From positions 1-54,653 of IMG/VR virus record IMGVR_UViG_3300042698_000041: a DNA stretch of 54,653 bases, one strand, 5' to 3'. Both the position numbers and the translations under genes were made by a program. The stretch comes from a virus. Under the pieces are notes generated by a model. That model ran no database searches and was not told the DNA's origin. It saw only the letters and a program-made list of their open reading frames with translations. Shown here one piece after another: positions 1 to 8,027 of the stretch (position 1 is its first letter; the number at the start of each line of letters is the position of its first letter).

Positions 1-127
1 ACGCTGCGAAATGCATGTAGGAGAGGAGCCCATGTGAGCCATCCAGGCGAAGATGCACCCCCAGACTGGAGCCCCGAGGAGCAAAGTGCAGGGGTGGGGG
101 AGAAACTTGGACGGGCGGATCGGGTGG
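1..127. repeat. Left terminal inverted repeat (127 bp)
   Basis: Base-by-base comparison: 1..127 equals the reverse complement of 54527..54653. Identity breaks at 128 (a vs c). Contains RBS GGAGAGGAG and the first 31 codons of ORF 34..351. Confidence 0.95.
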
Positions 128-351
128 ACACCCAGAGCATGGTTCGAGAAGGAGTTGACCTTCTTGTGGGCTTGGCTCAGGAGTATCGGGTTCTTTCGGA
201 ACAGGGTGGCCCCGTCGATCAGATGGAGCACAACGCTGAACTGGCAGCCAAGCTGATCAGCAATCTTCCTGAGCCGCTCAAAAGCCTGATCGTCGTGGAG
301 CTTGCCCGGCAACTTGAGTGGTCCATGGCACGGAAAGGGAGTCACAACTGA
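34..351 (+). CDS. hypothetical protein (start lies inside the TIR)
   Basis: GTG start shortly after GGAGAGGAG. First 31 aa (MSHPGEDAPPDWSPEEQSAGVGEKLGRADRV) are identical to the right-end ORF. Confidence 0.6.
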   Translation: MSHPGEDAPPDWSPEEQSAGVGEKLGRADRVDTQSMVREGVDLLVGLAQEYRVLSEQGGPVDQMEHNAELAAKLISNLPEPLKSLIVVELARQLEWSMARKGSHN

Positions 352-371
352 GTGGCTATTAAGGGGCTGCA

Positions 372-992
372 ATGAGACGCCTGGCGCAACGACGCTGGAA
401 TCCGGGCAAGGGCTTCATCAAGGTCACGGAATGGGGAGACTCGGCCGTGTGGTGCAAACCCTTGGCTGACGGGTGCCTGGTGGCCATATACATGCCAGAT
501 TGGTGGGACAACCTGGACTCGGAGTCCATGCCCACGCTCTGGTACCACGTGATCATCTCGGTGCCAAGAGGTTCATGGTTGCCGGACAACATCATCGACA
601 AGATGTGGCGCTGGCGTTGGGCGGATAGGCACCAGGATCCGACCGAGCCTTCCTGGACGGCCTGGGGCGCGGTTTTCCTACTTAGGGAACTACGTCCACC
701 AAGTCACAAGATCTACCATCGCAAGATCAAGCCATTCAAGGGCTCGACCCGCAAATCCTGGGAACGCGGACACAAGATCTTGTTCTTCGACCGTGAGCGT
801 CGGTATGCACATAGGGCACGAGGAGGTAAGCCCTTCGGGCTGCCCCAATCCGTGCGGAGGGCCTTGGCCCCCAAGCGTAAGGAGATCAAGGAGCTGATCG
901 CCTATCAGCAACAGGAATGGGACAAATGGGAGGAGGGTAGCAAGGATGTTGCGGCCATCTCTGGAGACAGTGCTGTGTCCCTGGTGCGTTAA
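372..992 (+). CDS. hypothetical protein
   Basis: 206-aa ORF starting 20 nt after the previous stop. Non-repetitive composition. Confidence 0.5.
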   Translation: MRRLAQRRWNPGKGFIKVTEWGDSAVWCKPLADGCLVAIYMPDWWDNLDSESMPTLWYHVIISVPRGSWLPDNIIDKMWRWRWADRHQDPTEPSWTAWGAVFLLRELRPPSHKIYHRKIKPFKGSTRKSWERGHKILFFDRERRYAHRARGGKPFGLPQSVRRALAPKRKEIKELIAYQQQEWDKWEEGSKDVAAISGDSAVSLVR

Positions 993-1191
993 GCCGGGAG
1001 GCCTGAGCCTGGCCATCCAGTTCTACGTGGAGCCGGTCGGTTCCTTCAGCTTGGCAGGCGTGGGTATGAAGCTGTCCATGCGCGAAGTCCCCAAACTTGC
1101 TTGCTCCCTATGCCAGCGGTCCATGATAGGGCGCCTGGAGGGCTCTGAGGCCGTTTTCCCTGATCCCCACGTTGAGCCCGAAAGGGGGTGA
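946..1191 (+). CDS. hypothetical protein with two Cys pairs (zinc-ribbon-like)
   Basis: CPWC ... CSLC. Overlaps the upstream ORF by 47 nt. Confidence 0.4.
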   Translation: MLRPSLETVLCPWCVKPGGLSLAIQFYVEPVGSFSLAGVGMKLSMREVPKLACSLCQRSMIGRLEGSEAVFPDPHVEPERG

Positions 1192-1430
1192 ATCGGATGT
1201 TCTATTGCGATCCATGCGCCGATAACTTCGGTTGGGTCAAGACGATCGCGCGCAGCCTTGGCGCCTGCGAAATCTGCTGCGCAGGACCGGTTGACTGCAA
1301 TGACAAGCCCTCATCTGTGCTGCCTGATGTTCCTCTTGAGAAAGTTCAGGCTGTCATGAGGGCCAGGGACGAAAGGATGATTGATGAAGTTTCGCGCAAG
1401 ACGGCAGGCGATCCGGACATTGACTCCTGA
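1188..1430 (+). CDS. hypothetical Cys-rich protein
   Basis: CDPC...CEICC...C in the N-terminal half. Start is GTG 1188 or ATG 1197. Confidence 0.5.
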   Translation: MNRMFYCDPCADNFGWVKTIARSLGACEICCAGPVDCNDKPSSVLPDVPLEKVQAVMRARDERMIDEVSRKTAGDPDIDS

Positions 1431-1593
1431 ACAGGAGGGGCAGATCGTTCTGCGCCAACGCGACACGCTCATGGTTTACCTCAGGGAGCGGGCGAAATGG
1501 TGTCCGTTGGTTGAGATCAACGATATCTACCGCTTCTTTGACTACGACCCGGCCAAGGATCTTGAAGAAGTAGAAGATGATTGGCCTAGTTAA
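1381..1593 (+). CDS. hypothetical protein
   Basis: 70-aa ORF with an acidic C-terminus. Overlaps the previous ORF by 50 nt. Confidence 0.4.
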   Translation: MMKFRARRQAIRTLTPEQEGQIVLRQRDTLMVYLRERAKWCPLVEINDIYRFFDYDPAKDLEEVEDDWPS

Positions 1594-1670
1594 CTATTGA
1601 CACTAACCGGGGAACTGGGCAAGGTTCCCAAGAGCGTGATACCGTCTGAACCAGAGAGGAAAGGTAGCTA

Positions 1671-1973
1671 ATGAGCAGGATCGATGCTGAAGTGGCATCA
1701 AAGATCCGGCAGGTTATTGAGCTGGCGCGTCTACGAGGCGTCGATCCTGTCCATGCCTTGGACCTGGCCGGGATGCTGCGCTATCCCGACAAGATCTTCG
1801 ACGATCAAGTGGAGTTCCTTGGGCATCTCATCGAATTCACTCGTAAGCCCCCCGGAGAACTGGTTTCGGGGGAAAGAATGCCCAAGTCTCCATTGGATCT
1901 TAAAAACTTAGTGATCAAGTACCTGGAAGCAGTGAAGGAGAACTTTATCCGTGAGTACACAAAGAAGCTCTGA
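1671..1973 (+). CDS. hypothetical protein
   Basis: ATG preceded by GAGAGGAAAGG. Balanced composition. Confidence 0.6.
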   Translation: MSRIDAEVASKIRQVIELARLRGVDPVHALDLAGMLRYPDKIFDDQVEFLGHLIEFTRKPPGELVSGERMPKSPLDLKNLVIKYLEAVKENFIREYTKKL

Positions 1974-2133
1974 CGCTCCGCAGAATCTTGCGGAGTTCGA
2001 GCGCTGGCGAACCGAGAAGAATGCCTATATCTGCGACGATCACTATCTTCGCGAGGTTGATCGCAGGTGGCGCATGATCGGCAGGCTTGCCAGGCAACCC
2101 GCCTCATTGACCGAGGTGCAGCGCAACACCTGA
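1951..2133 (+). CDS. hypothetical protein
   Basis: 60-aa ORF that fills the gap to the next gene. Weak support. Confidence 0.3.
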   Translation: MSTQRSSDAPQNLAEFERWRTEKNAYICDDHYLREVDRRWRMIGRLARQPASLTEVQRNT

Positions 2134-2150
2134 AGTAGAGCGAGGAGAGA

Positions 2151-2630
2151 ATGGAACAAGAAATTCGTGAATGCGGCTGTCCGGTAGAGAAAAATTTTAA
2201 CCGCACCAACATGATCCTTTGGATCAAGGGGCTCCAGTCTGGTCGGTATCCACAGGGACGCCTGCGACTTGCCACCAAGGAACGGGAGGATTGGCATTAC
2301 TGTTGTCTCGGTGTTTCGTGCGAAGTTGCTATTGCCAATGGGCTTGTAATCGATGTTGCAGTTGAAGCACGTGGCTTTTCTGGTACTCGCTTAAAGTCCT
2401 ACAACGGCAGCAGATCTGCTCTTCCTGAAGCTGTTACAAGATGGCTTGGCGTGCCAGAATCCGATATCACCATTCCCCTTATGAGCCTGATGGATGGGCA
2501 GTGGGTTTGCATTGGGACTTCAGACGTCGCATCCCACGCAAATGACGACCTGATGTACTCCTTCGATGGGATCGCTGCCGCGCTTATGCATCGATTCGAG
2601 ATCACCCAGGAGGAGATTGATGCTGCCTGA
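2151..2630 (+). CDS. hypothetical protein
   Basis: ATG preceded by GAGGAGAGA. 159-aa globular-looking ORF. Confidence 0.6.
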   Translation: MEQEIRECGCPVEKNFNRTNMILWIKGLQSGRYPQGRLRLATKEREDWHYCCLGVSCEVAIANGLVIDVAVEARGFSGTRLKSYNGSRSALPEAVTRWLGVPESDITIPLMSLMDGQWVCIGTSDVASHANDDLMYSFDGIAAALMHRFEITQEEIDAA

Positions 2631-2650
2631 GGTGGACAAGGAGCGGATGA

Positions 2651-2866
2651 ATGAAGTCCGGCCTGCAAGAACTGATTGAACGAGCCATTCCCCTTGTCCC
2701 GCAAGAGAAAGAACACGACTGGAAGTCAGTCAGGCTTACGGGATGTGGCGCTTGCGGGGAGCACGAAGGGTTCGAGTGCCTCAACTGCCACCGCTGCGTG
2801 GATGGGCAGACCGACTGGAACCTGTACATCTTGATCCTGGAGGAGATCCGTGGCCCATACTTTTGA
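2651..2866 (+). CDS. hypothetical Cys-rich protein
   Basis: ATG preceded by AAGGAGCGG. CGACGEHEGFECLNCHRC motif. Confidence 0.5.
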   Translation: MKSGLQELIERAIPLVPQEKEHDWKSVRLTGCGACGEHEGFECLNCHRCVDGQTDWNLYILILEEIRGPYF

Positions 2867-3164
2867 TCCACCTGTATACAGGGATTTAGTGCAGTACATG
2901 GAGTTTGATCCTGAAGGTGGGCCCAGCAACCATTGGGATCCCTGGATGCTTGAGGAACAATACCCGCCCAGCCTGGGCGAGCTGATGCTGTCCGTACGAC
3001 AATCTGAAGAGGTGAACGATGGAGGACGAGGACAAGCTGCTTCTTCCAGCGGAGGTGGCAGCCCTGTTCCGGGTGAACTCCAAGACGGTGACCCGCTGGG
3101 CGAAGGCCGGGAAAATGGGGTCGATCAGGACCCTGGGAGGACATCACCGATTCAGCAGGGATGA
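2850..3164 (+). CDS. hypothetical protein (3' extent doubtful)
   Basis: The first ~57 aa look coding. The rest overlaps 3019..3261 in another frame and is Gly/Ser/Pro-rich. Confidence 0.3.
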   Translation: MAHTFDPPVYRDLVQYMEFDPEGGPSNHWDPWMLEEQYPPSLGELMLSVRQSEEVNDGGRGQAASSSGGGSPVPGELQDGDPLGEGRENGVDQDPGRTSPIQQG

Positions 3165-3261
3165 GGTGACCAAGGTTCTGCGTGCCAACTACACCCAGGC
3201 GGTTTTGCATAAGCGTCTGGAGGAGTTGGACAAGATTGTGGCTGAAAGACAAGAGCCATGA
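3019..3261 (+). CDS. helix-turn-helix DNA-binding protein (MerR/excisionase-type)
   Basis: AEVAALFRVNSKTVTRWAKAGK...LGGHHRF is a typical excisionase-family HTH pattern. Confidence 0.7.
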   Translation: MEDEDKLLLPAEVAALFRVNSKTVTRWAKAGKMGSIRTLGGHHRFSRDEVTKVLRANYTQAVLHKRLEELDKIVAERQEP

Positions 3262-3521
3262 GCAAGGCAGAGGCGATGAACACCGTACTCGACACGAAGA
3301 TCGGGGACATGGAGTTCGGTAGCCCCTTTGTCAACGCCAGGATCCGCAACACCTTGCAGCGCAACGGGATTATGACCTTGGAACAGCTGGTTCAACTTGA
3401 GGCCTCAGATCTTTGGGACATGCAGGGTCTTGGCTCGATCAGCATCTCCTTCATCCTTGCCAAGCTCAACAACCTTGGGCTTAAGCTCAGGCGTCGTGAG
3501 CCAAACGAACCGAGATCCTGA
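3258..3521 (+). CDS. RNA polymerase alpha-subunit C-terminal-domain-like (HhH) protein
   Basis: FVNARIRNTLQRNGIMTLEQLVQLEASDLWDMQGLGSISISFILAKLNNLGLKL follows the alpha-CTD helix-hairpin-helix pattern. Confidence 0.55.
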   Translation: MSKAEAMNTVLDTKIGDMEFGSPFVNARIRNTLQRNGIMTLEQLVQLEASDLWDMQGLGSISISFILAKLNNLGLKLRRREPNEPRS

Positions 3522-3662
3522 CGTCGTCGCATTCGAACGAGCTGTTCGACATGATGCTGTCGTACACAGGATCCAAGCCATATATCGCATGAGCGCCCTG
3601 CGCGGTTCCCCACGAACCTGGTGGGCCGTCAGGGCGCTTTTGCGTGAAAGGAGAGAGAAGAA

Positions 3663-3809
3663 ATGAGAGCTATCACAGGGATGGCAATCGTTGCGGCCAT
3701 CATTGCCACCACGATGCCGCATGGAGAAGCCCTATGGCTTGTGACGTGCTTAATGGCGACCGGCTTGGCCGGAGTTGACATGGTCACCGAGAAGCGGAGG
3801 CAGAAATGA
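3663..3809 (+). CDS. small membrane protein
   Basis: Hand-translated 48-aa ORF after GAAAGGAGAGAGAAG. Hydrophobic segments. ATGA overlap with the next ORF. Confidence 0.5.
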   Translation: MRAITGMAIVAAIIATTMPHGEALWLVTCLMATGLAGVDMVTEKRRQK

Positions 3810-3949
3810 ATCCATTTATTGGTTTCGGGGTGATTTGTGCCCTGATTGCCATGTCAACTGAGAATGGCCACGGGGCGTTCATCGGCGTGGCTTTCGTGTC
3901 CGGCCTTTTGGGTATCATCGTTGATCTGGCGCTCAAGGGGAAGCAATGA
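3806..3949 (+). CDS. small membrane protein
   Basis: Hand-translated 47-aa ORF with two hydrophobic segments. ATGA overlaps on both sides. Confidence 0.5.
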   Translation: MNPFIGFGVICALIAMSTENGHGAFIGVAFVSGLLGIIVDLALKGKQ

Positions 3950-4533
3950 CGGCCGTGTTTCCTGTCCACCCAGACGATGTAGACCAGCTGCTCAAGATCC
4001 GCCGATACCTGATCGGTTACCGGATCACCAACGGATGGACCCAGCAGGAGCTGTCCCAGCGGATCAGTGGCATGACCGGCAAGGGCTGGGTCTACGATCT
4101 GGAGGGAAGCAAGACCTGGCAGTGGAGGTTCTCCCGGCTTCAGGACTGGACGGTTCCCTTCGGTCTGCGGCTCAAGGCGCGGTTGCGCTTCAGTGGAGCC
4201 TTGGTTGATGATCCCCCGGTCTACGGTGACCCTGATGAACAGCGTGACCTGACCTTCGCCATAGACTCCCATCCCGAGGTTGCCCCCATGCTTTCCCTGT
4301 CACTAAAGCAGGAGGCCTGGCGCACGTGGCAGCGGATGTATCTGACCTCTGCCCTTTCCGTAGCGCGCAGGGAGCTGGGCATATCCACGGCTGATATGGG
4401 GGTTCGCCTGGGCGTCGGAGCCAGCGCTGTGCGCAATTGGGAGAACGTTGCCAACGAGATCATGTTGCCCAAGGTCTTGGCCTATGCCCGCGCCCTTGGT
4501 GGCGCCATAGAGCTGGGACTACAAGAGGCATAA
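3946..4533 (+). CDS. tandem XRE-family HTH DNA-binding protein (repressor candidate)
   Basis: Two Cro/C1-type HTH units: GWTQQELSQRISG and LGISTADMGVRLGVGASAVRNWEN. Confidence 0.75.
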   Translation: MTAVFPVHPDDVDQLLKIRRYLIGYRITNGWTQQELSQRISGMTGKGWVYDLEGSKTWQWRFSRLQDWTVPFGLRLKARLRFSGALVDDPPVYGDPDEQRDLTFAIDSHPEVAPMLSLSLKQEAWRTWQRMYLTSALSVARRELGISTADMGVRLGVGASAVRNWENVANEIMLPKVLAYARALGGAIELGLQEA

Positions 4534-4537
4534 AAAA

Positions 4538-4568
4538 GCCCCGAGCCTGCTGCGAACAGGTTCGGGGC
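4538..4568 (+). terminator. stem-loop after the XRE gene (terminator candidate)
   Basis: gccccgagcctg / caggttcggggc, 12 bp with one G-U pair and a 7-nt loop. A-run before the stem but no clear T-run after it. Confidence 0.45.
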
Positions 4569-4672
4569 TCATCCATCCCAGTAGCACCGTCTCCCAAGGC
4601 CCTTGGCTCCACAGCCGGGGGCGGACCACTACCACCAGGGTTTTTCCTTTTATCTGTCCATCGTCGCACGGA

Positions 4673-5077
4673 TTGGATGTCATCGCAAGGAATCGAAGGT
4701 ACCATTTGCTACATGACGGCATCAGCGCTACTCTTTGGTACATGAAGTATTGGACACCCCTCGAATACCTCACTTCACTGGTTGTGTTATCCCTGCTCGT
4801 AGCCTTTGTTGCAGTGATGAACTGGAACACGGCGGCAAGAGCATCCCTGGCCCCCAAGGTCAAGGTTGCTATGGGCTTGCCCATCCAGGCGGGCATGGTG
4901 ATCGCGGGGATGGCTCTACGGCCATGGGTCTACCTGGCATACGGGTTTTCCTGTATAGCCTGGAGCCTGGCGGACCTGTGGTACTTACCCCTGGCCAACG
5001 TTGTAGACAAAAAGATGGTTGAACCTCTGGGCCTATACATCAAGGCCTTGCATCATCGGCCGGAACACGCGAGGTAA
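4673..5077 (+). CDS. multi-pass membrane protein
   Basis: Several hydrophobic helices. An alternative start at ATG 4742 is possible. Confidence 0.55.
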   Translation: MDVIARNRRYHLLHDGISATLWYMKYWTPLEYLTSLVVLSLLVAFVAVMNWNTAARASLAPKVKVAMGLPIQAGMVIAGMALRPWVYLAYGFSCIAWSLADLWYLPLANVVDKKMVEPLGLYIKALHHRPEHAR

Positions 5078-5082
5078 ACGCA

Positions 5083-5370
5083 ATGGGATGGACAAGCCTG
5101 GGGGATGCCCAGTGTGACAGCTGCCCCCAGGAACGCATTGGAAGTATGGACCGCCAAGCGGCGATCCAGATGATCAGGGCTGGCGGCTGGCATCACATGA
5201 TCGGAACCACCATTGGGGGAGTCCCATTCGAAGCAATCCTGTGCCCTGGGTGCGCCAAGGATGAGCGTAAGCGTCCAAGAACCACTGTCCAAATAGACCA
5301 AGATGCACTTCCGTTCGACTGGGAGGAGTACAGGAAAGTTGAGCGAGGGCAAGGCTTTCAGTCTCGATAG
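5083..5370 (+). CDS. hypothetical protein with CxxC pairs
   Basis: CDSC ... CPGC. 95-aa ORF. Confidence 0.5.
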   Translation: MGWTSLGDAQCDSCPQERIGSMDRQAAIQMIRAGGWHHMIGTTIGGVPFEAILCPGCAKDERKRPRTTVQIDQDALPFDWEEYRKVERGQGFQSR

Positions 5371-5395
5371 GGTCACCGGTCAGTGGCAAGAGTTC

Positions 5396-5701
5396 ATGCT
5401 CAAGCACGACCGTGTCGCTCTGGACAAGCAATGGATGGACAACTTCAAGCAGCTACTTCGGGAAGTGTCTGCGGGCGTCGACACCTTCACCCTCAAGGGA
5501 GCCAAGGTAGCCATGTTTGTCCCCGGCCAGTTGAACAAGGCCCTGTTGGCATCAGAACGTCCGGACATCATCGAACGCTTCACCGAGATGGTGGTGGAAC
5601 AGAAGTTCAACGCCATCAGGTTTGCCAAAGAGGAACCGGAGCTGTTCGCACGCTACCGTGCACAGCGCTTGGTTCTGGTGGAGGAGAAGAGAAACAAATA
5701 G
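5396..5701 (+). CDS. hypothetical protein
   Basis: Internal ATG of ORF 5303..5701, chosen to avoid a 68-nt overlap. The start is uncertain. Confidence 0.4.
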   Translation: MLKHDRVALDKQWMDNFKQLLREVSAGVDTFTLKGAKVAMFVPGQLNKALLASERPDIIERFTEMVVEQKFNAIRFAKEEPELFARYRAQRLVLVEEKRNK

Positions 5702-5718
5702 TTAACAAGGAGAGGAAA

Positions 5719-6660
5719 ATGACTGCACCATCTGGAATCATCACCCGCATATGGACTGTGGACAAGAAGACAGCAGAGAAGTTCCTCAGCTTCGAGAAGC
5801 AGCCCCAGAAAGGGGTTAGGGGCACCAACCGCAAGCCCAGTGAAGACGTGGTCAACAGGTACGCCTTCGAGATGCTGGCGGGACACTGGGGCTTCTCGCA
5901 CCAGGGATTTGCCTTCATCGGCAAGATGGTCGATGGGGATGCCGACTTCAAGGACGGTGGGCAGCGTTGCCGGGCCATCATCCAGGCAGCCACGGTAGGC
6001 GCCTCATTCGGCGACCACACCATCCCCGCCAATCCCGACATCTCCATCGACGTCATGGTGACCGAGGGCCTGGACGAGGCCGCTTGGCTTGTGATGGACA
6101 TCGGCAAGGGGCGCAAGCCTGGAGATTTTCTGGGGATGGAGGGGGAAGTGAACACCAACGTGTTGTCTTCTGCCATCCAGTTGTGCTACCAGTACGAGAA
6201 CGAGCCTTTCGGGGTGGCGTTCTCGCGCCACAAGTGGAGCAAGCACAAGATGACCCCTACCATGCGCTATCAGTACCTGGAGAACAACCCCACTATCCGG
6301 CACGCCGTGTATGAGGGTGCCCGTCTACATAAGCACATGACAGTCTCGGCTGCCTCGGCTGCCTACTTCTTGGCGATCAAGGCCGGGGTCAAGCAGGACA
6401 AGGTCGATGAGTTCTTCGACTCTATGTTCAGTGGCACTGGTGAGAACTGGGTGAAGGGCAACCCGATCCTTCAGTTGCGCGAGATGCTCAGCAACGCTCG
6501 TAAGAGCCGTCGCAAGATGACTCGCGAGGAGCAACTGGCCCTGTTCATCAAGGCGTTCAACGCTTGGACGAACGGATCCGAGATCAAGAACCTGGTCTTC
6601 CGAACCAAGACCTCAAGCACTGGTGCAGCGCCGGAAGCGTTCCCTCGCTTCCAGCTTTGA
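5719..6660 (+). CDS. ParB/Srx-fold-like protein
   Basis: ATG after AAGGAGAGGAAA (aa 113 of ORF 5383..6660). FKDGGQRCRAII resembles the ParB box II GERRxRA / DGQHR motif. Confidence 0.5.
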   Translation: MTAPSGIITRIWTVDKKTAEKFLSFEKQPQKGVRGTNRKPSEDVVNRYAFEMLAGHWGFSHQGFAFIGKMVDGDADFKDGGQRCRAIIQAATVGASFGDHTIPANPDISIDVMVTEGLDEAAWLVMDIGKGRKPGDFLGMEGEVNTNVLSSAIQLCYQYENEPFGVAFSRHKWSKHKMTPTMRYQYLENNPTIRHAVYEGARLHKHMTVSAASAAYFLAIKAGVKQDKVDEFFDSMFSGTGENWVKGNPILQLREMLSNARKSRRKMTREEQLALFIKAFNAWTNGSEIKNLVFRTKTSSTGAAPEAFPRFQL

Positions 6661-6683
6661 CCTTTCTATGACACAGTGTTGCC

Positions 6684-7154
6684 ATGGTTTCCTATGGCTT
6701 CCGTGTGTATGGCATTCCGAAACCCCAGGGGTCCAAGATCCCTGGGGTTTCGTCTAAGACGGGTAAAATGTTTGTTCGAGAACAAAGCGGAAAAGGGCTT
6801 ACAGACTGGCGCGAGGATGTCAAACAGGCTGCCCTGTCTGCCCGTGGAGTTCCCGGACACACCTCAGACATAGTTGATGTTCCTGTGGCTACCTTGCTCG
6901 GTCCGATCAACCTGAAGATTCAATTCTTCTTGCTCCGTCCGGCCAGCGTCAAAATGAGCAAGCGCCCGCTGCCCACCGTGGCTCCCGACCTTGACAAGCT
7001 GATCCGTGGAACCGGCGATGCCCTCAAGGTTGCCGGGGCTTACAACGATGACGCTCAGGTCGTTGCCATCCAGGCGACGAAGGTTTATGTCACCGATTCG
7101 CCGGGTGCCTGGATTGTGATCTCCGAGATTCCCACGGAGACCTTGAGCCTTTAG
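6684..7154 (+). CDS. rusA: RusA-family Holliday junction resolvase
   Basis: GIPKPQGS ... APDLDKLIRGTGDAL ... YNDDAQVV are the characteristic RusA motifs. Confidence 0.8.
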   Translation: MVSYGFRVYGIPKPQGSKIPGVSSKTGKMFVREQSGKGLTDWREDVKQAALSARGVPGHTSDIVDVPVATLLGPINLKIQFFLLRPASVKMSKRPLPTVAPDLDKLIRGTGDALKVAGAYNDDAQVVAIQATKVYVTDSPGAWIVISEIPTETLSL

Positions 7155-7201
7155 AATGAACTCCAGAGAGGGGAACGCATGGCATAGAATAGGCGGAGAA
7201 G

Positions 7202-7402
7202 ATGTCAAACCTTAGTACAGCGCAGGCGGCCAAACTGGTCGGCAAGCATCCCCGCACGATCGTCTCGTGGATTCACAAGGGCATGCTGCCAGCAGTGAAA
7301 TACCCAGGGGGAAGGGGGGCGTATGTGATTCGCAGTGACGATCTGGAGAAGCTGGTCGCCCATCTCTACACCCCGCAGCCCTACAAACCCAAGGGGGAGT
7401 AG
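7202..7402 (+). CDS. helix-turn-helix DNA-binding protein (excisionase-like)
   Basis: LSTAQAAKLVGKHPRTIVSWIHKGMLPA HTH pattern. 66 aa. Confidence 0.65.
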   Translation: MSNLSTAQAAKLVGKHPRTIVSWIHKGMLPAVKYPGGRGAYVIRSDDLEKLVAHLYTPQPYKPKGE

Positions 7403-7425
7403 GTGGACAAGGAGAGAGGAGTTCA

Positions 7426-7665
7426 ATGAACTCTAAAGCCGATGACAAATTGCAGACAACCATCGATCGCCCATACGCATCGAAGGTAGAGCATGCTCTG
7501 ACCTATGCTCACCTTCGACGCCGCCACGCCGAAGGTGAGCTGCCACCGATCCACGACTGGACCGGAGATTTGGTGGCTGGATATGCCAGCATCCTGGGAG
7601 TTGACGAGAAACTCAAGGCCTCGGGGATGAGGCGGGTCGAGAAGATCATGGAGGCCAATCGGTGA
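7426..7665 (+). CDS. hypothetical protein
   Basis: 79-aa ORF after GGAGAGAGGAG. Confidence 0.5.
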   Translation: MNSKADDKLQTTIDRPYASKVEHALTYAHLRRRHAEGELPPIHDWTGDLVAGYASILGVDEKLKASGMRRVEKIMEANR

Positions 7666-8027
7666 CTGCTTATCTGTACCCCGGTGACAGGATCCATATC
7701 ACGGTTCCCAAGGACTGGGGGGCGAACAAGGCAAGCTCCGACACCAGGATGAACGAGGCCATCGCTGCCTATGGTGAAATGGGTATCGAGGTTTTCATGG
7801 TCACCGAGGTCTTCTATGCCACCGGACCTGAGGTGGTGTGTGTCATCCGCCCCAAGCCCATCATCCCAGACAGAATGATCTCTAAGAGGTATCGGGGTCA
7901 GACTCAGGATCCTGTTGCATCCATGGAGGAGAATTTTGAGGTCCTCCTGGGCCCCAAAGAATCATCCGAGGATCTACCTCCGGGGCAGCTTCCTCCGTGG
8001 GTGTATGCCCCGGACGATCTTCCTTAG
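7662..8027 (+). CDS. hypothetical protein
   Basis: GTGA-coupled to the previous ORF. The 3' end overlaps the convergent ORF 7882..8406. Confidence 0.5.
   Translation: MTAYLYPGDRIHITVPKDWGANKASSDTRMNEAIAAYGEMGIEVFMVTEVFYATGPEVVCVIRPKPIIPDRMISKRYRGQTQDPVASMEENFEVLLGPKESSEDLPPGQLPPWVYAPDDLP

Noticed and set aside
1601-1650. TTGACA hexamer at 1601 as a -35 element for the gene at 1671
   Set aside because: No acceptable -10 (TANNNT) lies at 16-19 bp spacing, so the evidence is too weak to annotate a promoter.
5383-5718. N-terminal 112-aa extension of ORF 5383..6660
   Set aside because: The extension is Gly/Arg/His-rich and overlaps ORF 5396..5701. A strong RBS (AAGGAGAGGAAA) precedes the internal ATG at 5719.
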